Virus record (IMG/VR): IMGVR_UViG_2786546901_000002
Strand: one strand, 5' to 3'
DNA: 64,000 nucleotides
From: an uncultured virus (IMG/VR IMGVR_UViG_2786546901_000002)
Taxonomy: Duplodnaviria; Heunggongvirae; Uroviricota; Caudoviricetes
The notes under the pieces are model-generated. The model had not been told where the DNA came from. It worked only from the letters and a program-made list of their open reading frames with translations, and ran no database searches. Shown one piece after another: positions 19,797 through 30,197 of this stretch (positions within the stretch are counted from its first letter, which is position 1; each line of letters starts with the position of its first letter). Both the position numbers and the translations under genes were made by a program.

Positions 19797-20846
19797 TTAT
19801 TCGCTCTTCTTGTAGGCGGTATGGACCACGATCTCCGCCGGGCGGACGATGTTCACGTCCATTTTCATGCGCATCTGGAAAAAGAACAGCTCGGAGTTGG
19901 CCTGCAGACGGTCGATTTTCAGGATGTCCGTGTCGTTCGCGTAATCCACCCCCATCCACAGGTTGGAGTCCATGCCGGTGGAGAACTCGCCGAGCACCAT
20001 CGTGTGTTCGGGGATTCCCACGACCGGGACGATGCGCTTGCCCTTGAAGCGATAGCGGTTGACCTCGGTATTCTCGGAATACTTGACCTGCTTGTCCGAG
20101 ATATATTGGTCATACGCGTCCCAGGCGTCCCATCCGACCACAAAGGTCAGAGATGTCTTCTTTCGGATCTGCTTCGGACATTTCCTCCACATCGCATAGA
20201 GCGCCGCCTCCACCGCGGCCCCGTCCGTCAGCTCGGTCGTTCCCGAAATGATGCACTGCCCTCCGGCAACCACCTCGGCATCGGAGGAGTTCACATTGTC
20301 GAGGATCCGTTTGATGACCCCGTCAAAATATTTCTCCTTGTTGGCTCCGATTTTCGTGCAGCCTTCCGGTGCGGTAATCTTGGCCACCGTCTCTCCTCCG
20401 CGGGCGGAAGTCCAGATGGCGTTTCCGATATACTCGTTTTTCTTGTCCATAAGGAGACGGAGCATCGTCGCCTGGATTTTCGGGTCGAGCTCGCGGAACA
20501 CGAGATTGCCTTCCGGCTGCGCGAAACGCCAGTACTTCTCGTAGTCCCTCGGGTTAAACTCGAGATAGACCATAAAATCGGACGGCTCAAGATGGCGTTC
20601 GGTGAACTGGTACTCGTTCGTGCCGTCATCGCCCTTGGCTCCGTGGATGGGTTGTGGGGTCGGCACGTTGTCCTGGATAATGTTGCCCAGCTTGATGGCA
20701 GGAAGCGTATAGCGGTGCTGGATGCCCGTCTTGATATGAATCAGTCCCTCGCGGACTGTATCATTGCCCTGCACGGTATAGGTCAGCAAGTCCTCAAGTA
20801 CTTCGCCGCTATACCCGTTTTGAAGAAAGTTTACTGTATCAGCCAT
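19797..20846 (-). CDS. Major capsid protein
   Basis: 349 aa directly downstream of the protease/scaffold gene; size and position fit. Confidence 0.7.
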   Translation of the reverse strand: MADTVNFLQNGYSGEVLEDLLTYTVQGNDTVREGLIHIKTGIQHRYTLPAIKLGNIIQDNVPTPQPIHGAKGDDGTNEYQFTERHLEPSDFMVYLEFNPRDYEKYWRFAQPEGNLVFRELDPKIQATMLRLLMDKKNEYIGNAIWTSARGGETVAKITAPEGCTKIGANKEKYFDGVIKRILDNVNSSDAEVVAGGQCIISGTTELTDGAAVEAALYAMWRKCPKQIRKKTSLTFVVGWDAWDAYDQYISDKQVKYSENTEVNRYRFKGKRIVPVVGIPEHTMVLGEFSTGMDSNLWMGVDYANDTDILKIDRLQANSELFFFQMRMKMDVNIVRPAEIVVHTAYKKSE

Positions 20847-20972
20847 TGTCGTTTTAAGTTTTCCGTTGAAGAATGAAACTCGGCCGACTGGCGGATACCT
20901 GCTGTTTCCGCGCGAGACACTGCGGTCTCCGGCATGTCAGTTAAAATCGGGCGGACGCCCGCGGATAGTCTG

Positions 20973-22211
20973 TCAGAGCTTTCGGAACTTGAAATCCGCA
21001 CCGACCACTTCCGCCACCTTCTCGGCCATCAGCTGTTCGGCGGTCTTTGTCGCTTCCGCCGTGGCCTGGATGTTGGCAGGGTCATCGGCGATTTCCTTCG
21101 AGATTTTCTCCCGCGCGGGAATGGAAGCCAGCGTGCTTTCCGCCAACTCGAAGTTGGAACCGGCCATCTCCACCCACTGCGTTTTCGCCTCACGGTCAAT
21201 CTTGCCTTCTGCAATGGCATTCTCCACCAATGTCTCGATACGGGAAGCCTGCTCGTCCTTCTCTTTCTGCTCGTAGGCGGAAAGGCGTGCCGTCGCTGCG
21301 GCCAGGTCTGTCTGCAAGTTCCGGATGGAGGCGTCTTTTCCGGCGATGACGGTCTGCGCGTCGCTCAGTGATTTCTGTATTTCTCTGTATTTGGGTTCCA
21401 TCGCGGCCAGTTCAGAGATACGTGCCATCACGTCCTTGACCTCACCGTCCTTCATGCCCAGCGAGGCTGCAATCGCCCCGTACTCAAAGCCTTGTGTCTT
21501 GTTTTCGTTTGCCATATCGTTTTCCGTTTCTGTAAGAGTAGGTTCAATGCCTTTGAAAGGTTTATTTCCCGCGCTGACACGGCTCATCAGTTCCTGGATG
21601 GCGGCCGTATCGGTCAATCCTTCTATCTCGTCATGCACTTTACGGCAAAGCTGCTTCGAGGTATGGATGACATGCTCCGCAGGTATGATGCCGGCCTTGA
21701 CGGCAGCCTGTGCGTCGAAATAGGTCCCGTCCTTTCCTGCCTGTCCGTCCATGATGGCCCGCACATGCTCCGCTTTCAGGCCGAACCGTTTCCGGTAAAT
21801 CGTCTCGATCTGTTTGGTAAAAGCCGTTACCATGTCCGACGGTTCCCCTCCGTCATCGTCCGGCAACATCGGGTTATGAATCATCAGTATGGCATAATCA
21901 CGCATGAGAGAACGCTTGCCCGCCGCCCAGATGATGGAGGCCATCGATGCCGCGACCCCTTCGATGATACATTCCGTATCCACCGTGGCATTGGCGATGG
22001 TGGAATAGGTGGACATGCCGTAAAGGACACTGCCGCCCTCCGAGTTGATCAACACACGGATACAGGAGGGACGGATGATATTTTCCAAAAAGTCGAACTC
22101 GTCATTGAAACGTGAGGTCGTCTCTTCCGTCACGCGACCGAAGAAACGGATAACAGCCGGCTGGCCTGCCTTCGCCTCTCCGACGACATATTGAAGTGTG
22201 TTCATATCCAT
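20973..22211 (-). CDS. ClpP-like head maturation protease with C-terminal scaffold
   Basis: INSEGGSV, GVAASMASII and LMIHNP motifs; coiled-coil C-terminus. Confidence 0.85.
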   Translation of the reverse strand: MDMNTLQYVVGEAKAGQPAVIRFFGRVTEETTSRFNDEFDFLENIIRPSCIRVLINSEGGSVLYGMSTYSTIANATVDTECIIEGVAASMASIIWAAGKRSLMRDYAILMIHNPMLPDDDGGEPSDMVTAFTKQIETIYRKRFGLKAEHVRAIMDGQAGKDGTYFDAQAAVKAGIIPAEHVIHTSKQLCRKVHDEIEGLTDTAAIQELMSRVSAGNKPFKGIEPTLTETENDMANENKTQGFEYGAIAASLGMKDGEVKDVMARISELAAMEPKYREIQKSLSDAQTVIAGKDASIRNLQTDLAAATARLSAYEQKEKDEQASRIETLVENAIAEGKIDREAKTQWVEMAGSNFELAESTLASIPAREKISKEIADDPANIQATAEATKTAEQLMAEKVAEVVGADFKFRKL

Positions 22212-22494
22212 ATGCAAGGGTTATTTGAACAAGAGTAGGCGGTGGGAAAAGAAAAGGTTTTGCACTGCTATTTATGGAAGTGGAAATATGAGAATCCATC
22301 CATTTATGGAAATGCGATTATCTTTACAGTATAATAGATTGTTCAAATTACAGACCGGTTGCAACTATTTGTATCAAGACCGGCATGCTGAACATTCTAA
22401 ATTCAGCAAGTACAGAAAATGTATCATGAGTCTTGTATTATCTGCTGATTCATGTCTGTTTATACGCAGTGCGGATAAATCTCCTGCATGGATT

Positions 22495-23199
22495 TCAATT
22501 TTTCGATCCGGTATCCGAAAAACCAGATACTTCGTCATGTTCCGGACGCGGATGGAAGCCGTGTCCGCCGCTGTCATGTTGCGGCGCATCGCTGTGTTGG
22601 GTGAACGGGGGCATGACCACATACCTTTTTACCCAGTCCCTGTATTTCCACGCGGAAGATTCCCTGAACCATACCTCGTAGTCTATCCAGTACGCCTGCA
22701 ACATATTGGTTGAAAGCGGCATGTCGAAATAGGTCAGGTTGCACCGCTCGCTCAGCGCCGGCTCATGGTTCTTGGCATCCTGTATGGCTACATTGAGCCG
22801 CTGGAAGACCAGAAACGCCTCGCATTCCTTGTCTTCGTCCGCATTGTTGAGCGTATTCAGGATAAACCGCACGCGCATGGTGGCGCGTCCCTCACCGATA
22901 CGCTGTTGCTGTACCAGGTACCTCACGTTGATAAAGTGGATGAACACGGCAGGGAACACAGTCTCATACTCCGTGTTATCGTCACGAACAATGCGGGCGA
23001 ACTGGCCGTTGTCGATAGCGACGGTTTTGAACAGGGGCGGCGACAACGGGTCGTCCGGATTCTCCCGCAGGGTCAGGACAGCCCGCTTAACGGCCCGGTA
23101 TATCTCCACGAAAGGGTTCGCGGAAACTTCTTCAGGCAGGCTCTCCGCCGGTGCCGACGGTTGTGCGGGCTGTGGTGCGGGGTGTTTGTCTTTTATCAT
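22495..23199 (-). CDS. Hypothetical protein (possible neck/tail completion)
   Basis: 234 aa coupled to the morphogenesis gene; FPAVFI motif. Confidence 0.5.
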   Translation of the reverse strand: MIKDKHPAPQPAQPSAPAESLPEEVSANPFVEIYRAVKRAVLTLRENPDDPLSPPLFKTVAIDNGQFARIVRDDNTEYETVFPAVFIHFINVRYLVQQQRIGEGRATMRVRFILNTLNNADEDKECEAFLVFQRLNVAIQDAKNHEPALSERCNLTYFDMPLSTNMLQAYWIDYEVWFRESSAWKYRDWVKRYVVMPPFTQHSDAPQHDSGGHGFHPRPEHDEVSGFSDTGSKN

Positions 23200-23774
23200 A
23201 GCGGCTGGTGTGGAAATCCTTTAAAAATCATATCTATGAAATGGACGGCGATATAGTCGTCCGTTTTCGGTGAGAATCCGATGAACTGCCGGTGTACGGG
23301 ACGGCGCGTGGAATACTGGTTTACCGTGTACAGCCCGAACTTCGGATCGGTATTGTGTATGGCGGCATAATGCCCGTAACGCTCCTTGCTGCGTCCCCGC
23401 TTGCCCTTGACTGGAAAGCTCTTTTCCGTAGTCCACATGCAATACCTGGCGCCTTTCCGGAAGATGCGCGTACGGTCCGAACGCCGTCCCACTATGTCTG
23501 TCCGGCCGGCTTCCGACTGTATGCTCCGGGCCAGAGTCCCCGTATCGTTCATGAGAGGATGGGTGAACCTCTTTCCCCATTTGGAGGTACGAGGCGCCCA
23601 TTTGCTACCGTTGAATCCCCCCGAAGCGAATGAGGACAGGAACTGCTGCCTGGTATAGTCACCGGCAGCAGTTGCGAAGTCGAATACGTTGAACTCTAGC
23701 CGGCTGGCCATGACGCGCGTACTGGTCCTGCTTACCCAGTGGCTGCAAAACTCATCAAGCGTTATCTTGGGCAT
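23196..23774 (-). CDS. Virion morphogenesis protein (Mu gpG-like)
   Basis: W.PR, L.DTGTLARSI, YAAIHN and RQFIG motifs. Confidence 0.75.
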   Translation of the reverse strand: MPKITLDEFCSHWVSRTSTRVMASRLEFNVFDFATAAGDYTRQQFLSSFASGGFNGSKWAPRTSKWGKRFTHPLMNDTGTLARSIQSEAGRTDIVGRRSDRTRIFRKGARYCMWTTEKSFPVKGKRGRSKERYGHYAAIHNTDPKFGLYTVNQYSTRRPVHRQFIGFSPKTDDYIAVHFIDMIFKGFPHQPL

Positions 23775-24639
23775 AGGCGAACTTTCCTTTAATGCGTTTC
23801 ACAATATCATTCATGTAACCCGGAAGCGGGACGGAGAAATAGCGGTGCGCATCGGAAAAGATACGCCCGCCGGTTGCCAGGCTCTCCCGGAAGACCGGAT
23901 CCACCTTTTCCAGATAGTCTCCCTTATCCGGCAAAGCCGCCCGGACAGCGGCGAACCCCTCCGCGACCAGAAAGCAGCGGCATCCCCATTCGATCGGCGG
24001 TATCAGTTCCGGAGGAAACTCGGATTTGCGGAAGGAAATCCCTTCCAATGAAAGATGCCAGGCACGTACCCGTTCATCGCCTTGTGTCATGTAGGTAAGC
24101 ACGGTATCCATATCCACCGCCATCCACCATGCGGCCATCGAGGCCGCGAAGAATACCTGGTTGTTCTCTTCCTCCGCATGGACGAGGTTATACCTGCGGC
24201 ATATCTTTTCGTGTGCTTCCATGTCCTGTTCATCCGCTGTCTCGGGCAGTTCCCCGAGCATGGAATACTCCTCTGCCGCGGCAAAATCCACCAGGTTGTC
24301 TATGGCTGCAATCAGGATGTCACGCTGCTGCCGTTCCCTCTCTGTTGTAAAGGAGTTGTGATTTTTCAGTATCTCCAATGCCCGGTCCATGTCGATTCGC
24401 AGACCTGTCAGCGCACGGTCTATGAGGAAAGAGGCACGCAGGGTGATGATGTCCTCTATAATGTCGAGACGTTCCGCGCTGTTCTCCCAATAGAGGATCA
24501 GCCTGCGGAATGCATCGAAAATGACACGATACTCCTTTTCCGTATCGGATTCCGTGGTTGCAGATGCCCTGACAGCTCTGAACGGAGCGTTGTCCGGGAG
24601 CGGAAGACGGGCTTCTATTCCGCTCCCCGCAGAAAATTT
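23755..24639 (-). CDS. Minor head protein (Mu gpF/SPP1 gp7-like), probably expressed as a -1 frameshift extension of the portal
   Basis: YMTQGDERVRAWH...PPIEWGCRC; the frame is open for 83 codons upstream of the first ATG (24390), back to a slippery site. Confidence 0.7.
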   Translation of the reverse strand, partial: KFSAGSGIEARLPLPDNAPFRAVRASATTESDTEKEYRVIFDAFRRLILYWENSAERLDIIEDIITLRASFLIDRALTGLRIDMDRALEILKNHNSFTTERERQQRDILIAAIDNLVDFAAAEEYSMLGELPETADEQDMEAHEKICRRYNLVHAEEENNQVFFAASMAAWWMAVDMDTVLTYMTQGDERVRAWHLSLEGISFRKSEFPPELIPPIEWGCRCFLVAEGFAAVRAALPDKGDYLEKVDPVFRESLATGGRIFSDAHRYFSVPLPGYMNDIVKRIKGKFAYAQDNA

Positions 24640-25937
24640 CCGACCTTCGCCCCCCGGGGGCGTCCGTAACGCCGGAAATACTCCTCGTCCGACATGATGC
24701 CCCGGTCGTTGTGGCTGAGACCGGATGAGCCGCCTTCGGCTCCGAAACCTAATCCCGGGATAACATTGAGCTGCCGGCCCACATTGATACCGAACTCTTT
24801 CTCGATCTCATCGGCCGCCACTTCATATTTGTCCGTGATCAGCGAATAGAGCTTGATGCGGTCCTCGTTGCTCATCTCTATCCGGTTCGAATACCGGAAC
24901 TCCAATCCTCCGGGGATATACCCGATAGCCACCAGGCGGGGGATTATCTCCTCGTTCATGATGTTTTCGATATACCGACGGTAGACTTCGATACGGTCGC
25001 GGAAAATGTCCTGGTGTGCTTTCGTGGAACCCACGTACGACTGCATCCCTCCGGCCATCGACTCGGAGCCGAGCACGAGGTTGGCAACTTCCTTGTTCAC
25101 AAACTCGATAAGCCCGGTATATATCTTTTCCGAGTTGGACATGGTGAATGTCTTGATATCGACCTCGTCCTCAATGCCGGTAACCACCACCTTGTTCTGT
25201 GCCGCGTTGGCTATCTCGTTAGCCAGCCTCTTGCGGTCGGCGTTGCTCTCGCTGACCGTCTTTCCGTGGATAATCGGCTGTCCGTAAGTATGGGAAAAGT
25301 TCACATAGTTGGCCACCGTGAATTTCTTGGCCAGTATCAAAGGGGTCGTGGCGGAAAAAAGTCCCAAGTCGCCGGAGTTTACCAGTACATAACAACGGTA
25401 ATATGCCGGGTCATGTAAATCCCAATGCGGCTCCCACAGTCCCTGCCGCTTCAGTACCGTTTTCTGGTCCGGTAACACATTACGCCGTTCGATGATGTTG
25501 ACTTCCGCCAGCCTGCCCGTTCTGGGGTCAGTATGCGGCATGATTTCAAGCAGGGTGTACCCGTAGAGTTTGGATTCCACTATGCCCTTGATTATCTTGT
25601 CGAACTGCGAACCCTGTATCTTCAGGGAGTTCGCCACGTCCTTGATGTATTTTCCCTTTTCGTTTACACGGGCAAGCATATAGCGGTCGCCGAGAATCTG
25701 GCTTTCCAGTGTCTCGACAACGGAACGTATATGAGCGTCCTGTTGCAGGCAGGCTTCATACAGGTCAATGAGCCGGGCGCGGTCATCGAGAATATATCCC
25801 GAACCGGTATCCTGACGACATGAACGGTAGCGGTTGTTGCGCTCGATTTCGCGAACATACTCCTGAATTGTCTTTTTGGAGGTCTTAAAAATACTCTCCA
25901 AGAGTTCCCCGTTAAATGATTTGTCCGATGTAGCCAT
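24615..25937 (-). CDS. Portal protein (Mu gp29/DUF935-like)
   Basis: 440 aa at the head of the head operon; D.HIRSV, YG.P and NKEVANLVLG motifs. Confidence 0.75.
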   Translation of the reverse strand: MATSDKSFNGELLESIFKTSKKTIQEYVREIERNNRYRSCRQDTGSGYILDDRARLIDLYEACLQQDAHIRSVVETLESQILGDRYMLARVNEKGKYIKDVANSLKIQGSQFDKIIKGIVESKLYGYTLLEIMPHTDPRTGRLAEVNIIERRNVLPDQKTVLKRQGLWEPHWDLHDPAYYRCYVLVNSGDLGLFSATTPLILAKKFTVANYVNFSHTYGQPIIHGKTVSESNADRKRLANEIANAAQNKVVVTGIEDEVDIKTFTMSNSEKIYTGLIEFVNKEVANLVLGSESMAGGMQSYVGSTKAHQDIFRDRIEVYRRYIENIMNEEIIPRLVAIGYIPGGLEFRYSNRIEMSNEDRIKLYSLITDKYEVAADEIEKEFGINVGRQLNVIPGLGFGAEGGSSGLSHNDRGIMSDEEYFRRYGRPRGAKVGNFLRGAE

Positions 25938-26175
25938 AATTTTTTTGTTTCTTGTTCAAAGAGTAGAGACAATCCTCAAGAGAGGTTTTTACGGCTAAAA
26001 GAATATATGGAGAACGGGACTCTTAATGCTTGATTTACAAACCGAAATATGCAACTTAAATATATAGATATTTCGGTTTTATTTGCGTTGTAAATATCTT
26101 ATTATCAGTAATTAACAATTTATTAAAAGTGTAATTTATGTATATATTTATAGTGTATTTCATATTAAAAAGATA

Positions 26176-26183
26176 TATCTTTG
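26176..26183 (+). promoter_or_regulatory. Bacteroidetes -7 box TATCTTTG
   Basis: TAnnTTTG in an AT-rich intergenic region upstream of 26226. Confidence 0.55.
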
Positions 26184-26225
26184 CACCACGTTAGATACAA
26201 ATCCAAGAACAATGAAAAAGAGAAC

Positions 26226-26678
26226 ATGAAAGAAGAAAAGATTCCCTGCCGGATAATCCGGTACAGGGAGTTCCCCGATCTGCTTTTCGGAACGTTACGG
26301 GAAGACGGACCGGTCTATTTCGACGCGACACGCTTCATCCAGGCCAAAGGAGATGCACGCCGGCATAATGTCCGTGATTTCCGTGTCGCTTTCCATCACT
26401 GGGCAACGGCGTTGGCAGACGCCTACGGAATAGACAGGGAAAAGATGATCATCCGTGACGAGGCGTCGGGACACCTGTTAATTGATGAATGTCTGGCTCT
26501 ATTATTTGTCGTTTACATCGATCCCGCGTTCGGTGTCTACCTTCTGGAGCGCGTGGACGAACTGCTGTCCGGTGGATTTACGGTTTCAGACACTTGGCTG
26601 GTACAGGCTGCCGGTCTTAGATTTACAAAGGAGGAATTAACGCAAATTTTAGAACAACATGAGACGCAGCACATTTAA
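26226..26678 (+). CDS. Hypothetical, possibly KilA-N-like DNA-binding protein
   Basis: YFDATRF motif; first gene of a regulatory operon. Confidence 0.5.
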   Translation: MKEEKIPCRIIRYREFPDLLFGTLREDGPVYFDATRFIQAKGDARRHNVRDFRVAFHHWATALADAYGIDREKMIIRDEASGHLLIDECLALLFVVYIDPAFGVYLLERVDELLSGGFTVSDTWLVQAAGLRFTKEELTQILEQHETQHI

Positions 26679-27027
26679 ACGACCCAAGATGGTGCTCATC
26701 TTCAACGGGGCACAGGTTCTTGTAGCGGTCACGCGCTCGCTGCACAGCGCGGCGGAATTGACAAAAGGCAACTTGCAGGCTATCTCATTCTGTTGCACGG
26801 GCAAGTATGTATGCAGCGGCGGACTCTATTTCAGGCATCTGCATCCGGATGTGGAAATCGAGCTGGCCGACCTCGGCACACTGATGCTGAAAGATTATGA
26901 CGCCCTTTGCGGCGAGAAACGCACGTACTATCCGGTGCGCAAGATGGCACATAAGAGAGCCTTGCTTGAAAACAAACGTAAGTCTGATAACCAAAAGAAA
27001 GGAGGAAATACCTATGAGGGAAAATAG
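26659..27027 (+). CDS. Small DNA-binding protein (NUMOD1-like HTH)
   Basis: SLHSAAELTKGNLQAISFCCTGK...GGLYFR pattern. Confidence 0.5.
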   Translation: MRRSTFKRPKMVLIFNGAQVLVAVTRSLHSAAELTKGNLQAISFCCTGKYVCSGGLYFRHLHPDVEIELADLGTLMLKDYDALCGEKRTYYPVRKMAHKRALLENKRKSDNQKKGGNTYEGK

Positions 27028-28147
27028 GAATGTTCCGTTCCGGGACTGGAACATAAGGGTTTCCCGGAACCATAACGGCCAGCTCCATATCTGCGCCGTG
27101 GATATATGCGATATACTCAAGCGGGACGAACTGCTTGAAAACGGCGCCATCGCCCGTGTTTGCCCGACGGCATTGAAAATCAGTTTCCGGAAAAACGGCA
27201 GGGAACAGTGGGGTTTCCGTCCCATCGATATGCGTCGGCTTTTACAACTGGTACGCAAGGAGACTATTATACCCCGTGACCTGCTTGATGAATTGGAAGT
27301 GTGGGGCAACAAGCTTCTGGAACTGGAAGCCGGGGAGCTGCACGCCGTCCCGCAGGACGACATCGTCATGCACTTCGAGGAAGGGTTCCCCGTCACGTTC
27401 CGGCGTGTCGGCGACAAGCTGATGGTCAACGCCACGCAGATCACGATGCACTTCGGGAAAATCCCGTCTGAATGGCTACGCATCGCTTCCACGGATATGC
27501 TCCGCAGGGAAATGGCCGGCAACGGACATACCGGGAAATACGAGTCGCAAGTCTTCACCACACGGGGGCGGGGGCACGGTGCGACCTGGTTGGAATCACC
27601 GCTTGTCATACCGTTGGCCAGATGGATCGCCCCTGACCTGTCTTTGGCGGAATGGTTGGGCGAGGCTATCGGCAAACTCTCCGTGAAACGAGGGAAGACA
27701 ATCGTACGCGAACGCCCCAGGGTGGCGGCACCCGGTCTGCCCTGTATGGATTGTCCCATGCCGCAGGATATGGAATCGGCGACGAGACTGATTCTGGAAC
27801 TGCGGAAGGTGGTGAGTGAATCCCTGCCGAAAATCGTATTCTACGAGGAGTTTATCGAGAACAGGGACTGGTTCAAGAGCACGCGCATCGCTGACGAACT
27901 CGGCATATCGCCGCGACAGTTGCACCAGTTCCTTGCCGAAGAGGGCATCTGCAAGTACGAGAAGCGGCAATGGGTGGTCTTTCCTTCCTGCCGGGCCTGG
28001 CAATGCGATGTGCCTTACACGTGGGAGAACAGCCGGGGCAAGGTATATACTTTCGGATCCACCAAACGATGGACACAGGCCGGACGGGAGTGTATCATAG
28101 AACTGTGGCGCAAGAGGAACCCTGAATACTGCCCACCGGGTGCATAG
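27014..28147 (+). CDS. Antirepressor-like protein (BRO-N-like + KilA-N + KilAC)
   Basis: MVNATQI..FGK.PSEWLR (KilA-N); PKIVFYEEF...IADELGIS...WTQAGR (ANT/KilAC). Confidence 0.75.
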   Translation: MRENRNVPFRDWNIRVSRNHNGQLHICAVDICDILKRDELLENGAIARVCPTALKISFRKNGREQWGFRPIDMRRLLQLVRKETIIPRDLLDELEVWGNKLLELEAGELHAVPQDDIVMHFEEGFPVTFRRVGDKLMVNATQITMHFGKIPSEWLRIASTDMLRREMAGNGHTGKYESQVFTTRGRGHGATWLESPLVIPLARWIAPDLSLAEWLGEAIGKLSVKRGKTIVRERPRVAAPGLPCMDCPMPQDMESATRLILELRKVVSESLPKIVFYEEFIENRDWFKSTRIADELGISPRQLHQFLAEEGICKYEKRQWVVFPSCRAWQCDVPYTWENSRGKVYTFGSTKRWTQAGRECIIELWRKRNPEYCPPGA

Positions 28148-28149
28148 CG

Positions 28150-28587
28150 ATGGAAACGGCATTACAGCGGATCATCCGCAAGACAGGAAGACGGCCGGTA
28201 GAGTGCCGTTGCCGTCTGTGCAGGCAGCAATGCCGGATACCGTGCCTCGGTACGCCGGAAGACATCCTCCGGTTGCTGAAAGCCGGATACAGGGAGCGTC
28301 TTGCACCCACTCGGTGGGCGGTAGGCCTGCTGTTGGGAAAAATCCCGTATATCGTGCCGATGGTACAGGCGAAACAGGAAGCAGGCGGGTGCACGTTCTT
28401 TCAGGACGGACTGTGTGAACTGCACGCGGCAGGGCTCAAGCCCACTGAAGGCAGGTTGTCGCACCATACCATCACCATGGAGAACCTGAAGTTCGGAATG
28501 TCGCTCTCGTGGAACGTGGCCAAAGAATGGCTGGACGAGCGGAACTTCGACACGATACGGGAGATTGTCCGGATAATGGGAAAATAG
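28150..28587 (+). CDS. Cys-rich hypothetical protein (YkgJ/CxxCxxCC-like)
   Basis: CRCRLCRQQC and CTFF..GLCELH...KP motifs. Confidence 0.55.
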   Translation: METALQRIIRKTGRRPVECRCRLCRQQCRIPCLGTPEDILRLLKAGYRERLAPTRWAVGLLLGKIPYIVPMVQAKQEAGGCTFFQDGLCELHAAGLKPTEGRLSHHTITMENLKFGMSLSWNVAKEWLDERNFDTIREIVRIMGK

Positions 28588-28743
28588 ATGAGGGACGGTT
28601 TCATGAATGAAGTATCAGTATAACCGGTTGATTCCTCCTTTGCCGATTTCATGGAACCGCCTCTTATTAATTCATACCATTTGCAAACAGTTCGTATTAG
28701 TCGCGGCTATCCTTTATCAGGAAAACATTTAAACGCGAATGAT

Positions 28744-28983
28744 ATGAAACTGAAAAGCAGAATGACCGTCGGGGAGATGTCGGAACACCTGACGGAACAT
28801 ACCGGCAAGTTCGCCAACCGCGTATCCGTGGGGCGTTACGCCAAAAAACTGGGATACGCCGTGTATAAACCGATGATAAACGGCAGGATATGCCAGTTCT
28901 ATGTCAATCCGTCGATTAAGGATGACGGGGAAGCGGAAACATTACGGACGAACGAACGCGAAAACGGACATGAAAGGGAATGA
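28744..28983 (+). CDS. Hypothetical protein
   Basis: 79-aa ORF in operon context. Confidence 0.5.
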   Translation: MKLKSRMTVGEMSEHLTEHTGKFANRVSVGRYAKKLGYAVYKPMINGRICQFYVNPSIKDDGEAETLRTNERENGHERE

Positions 28984-29413
28984 CGACAAAAGGCAACACG
29001 TGATACCGTTTATGAAATGCTTCACCGGGCTGGTCGGCGCGTTCACCCCGGAAGAGGTCATCTTCATGCTGTACATGGCAGACCGTACACGCCTGCGTGA
29101 AAAAGGTTACGACACCTTGCGCAGCAAGCGGTACTACATGGAGAACATGGAGATGGGTTCGCGGATTTTCGACAAGTGCGTGGAAAAGACAACGCGTATG
29201 GGATTGCTTGAACGGGTGCCGGTCAGCGGGATGTACGATTACCTGTGGCACATGGATTCCTACAACCGGCTTGTAGGGATATTGGCGGAACTTGGAAATC
29301 CTTTTTCTACCAGGGCATTCTGTCATCGGATGTTCGATGTGGAAAAAAGGACCGTGGCATCCGTCTCTGACGAAGAGGTCAGCCAATGGAAAGAGAGACA
29401 CCGAAAAGTTTGA
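28970..29413 (+). CDS. Hypothetical protein (possible wHTH)
   Basis: Overlaps the previous gene; 147 aa. Confidence 0.5.
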   Translation: MKGNDDKRQHVIPFMKCFTGLVGAFTPEEVIFMLYMADRTRLREKGYDTLRSKRYYMENMEMGSRIFDKCVEKTTRMGLLERVPVSGMYDYLWHMDSYNRLVGILAELGNPFSTRAFCHRMFDVEKRTVASVSDEEVSQWKERHRKV

Positions 29414-29442
29414 GCGTATCTGTCCACGGAACGTAAATGAAT

Positions 29443-29480
29443 AAAAACAGACGGCATCGTTGTGATTTGCCGTCTGTTTT
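29443..29480. terminator. Bidirectional intrinsic terminator
   Basis: AAAAACAGACGGCA...TGCCGTCTGTTTTT between convergent genes. Confidence 0.75.
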
Positions 29481-29564
29481 TGTGTTTTTGCGACATAAAA
29501 TCCGATAAAACCGGAAGGAGGTGGTAGCCGGGTACAATATTATCCGGGCAAACGACAGAATATG

Positions 29565-30197
29565 CTAAATATACTTATTCAGTTCTTCCACAAGAAGATG
29601 CACCGTTGTCGAAGATTCCGCTTGTGCCGGCGGTATTCCCTCCATTCGGCGCAATACGGCTTTTGCGTTCGTGATGGCCTGAGCCTGTTTACCGCCCAGC
29701 TCCCTGAAAACACGACCGCCTGTACCGGCTTCCTTGTTGTAGGAGAAGCCCAACAAGCCGGATAGCTTTGTTTCATATTGATTTCTGTGCATCGGGCCTT
29801 GTACCAGGTTATAGTGCAGCAAGAACCAATACTCGAAAGCCTGGTTGCTGTATGCCACCCTCATGCCACCGGCTTCCGCCATACCGATAGCCCGGTTGAA
29901 ATCCCGATCGGGAAAGTCATCCTTGTCAAATACCACCCAGCACTGGTCATACTCGCGTCCTTTCTTCCGCTCTTCTTCTTTCATCCGTAAAGCCTTTTGG
30001 ACAAGACCTACCGTATTGAGTCCCTGGCCTACCGCTTTAATATTGGCGGAGGTCAGGCGAAACGCATTGAAATAATCCGGTTCCGTATTTACCCCCTCGC
30101 AGATGATCAGGAAGGATTGTTTGACCTCACGGACAAAACTGATACGCCTGAGTGTCCGTGCCGCGCGTGGATCACGCTTGTTCGTCCGTGCTGCCAT
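29565..30197 (-). CDS. rloB: RloB family protein
   Basis: LIICEG..TEPDYF, WVVFDKDDF and SNQAFEYWFLLH motifs. Confidence 0.85.
   Translation of the reverse strand: MAARTNKRDPRAARTLRRISFVREVKQSFLIICEGVNTEPDYFNAFRLTSANIKAVGQGLNTVGLVQKALRMKEEERKKGREYDQCWVVFDKDDFPDRDFNRAIGMAEAGGMRVAYSNQAFEYWFLLHYNLVQGPMHRNQYETKLSGLLGFSYNKEAGTGGRVFRELGGKQAQAITNAKAVLRRMEGIPPAQAESSTTVHLLVEELNKYI

Noticed and set aside
19470..20876. Long antisense ORFs (e.g. 19470-20876 +, 59030-60385 -, 26785-27759 -)
   Set aside because: They are shadow frames opposite well-supported genes in GC3-rich coding DNA.
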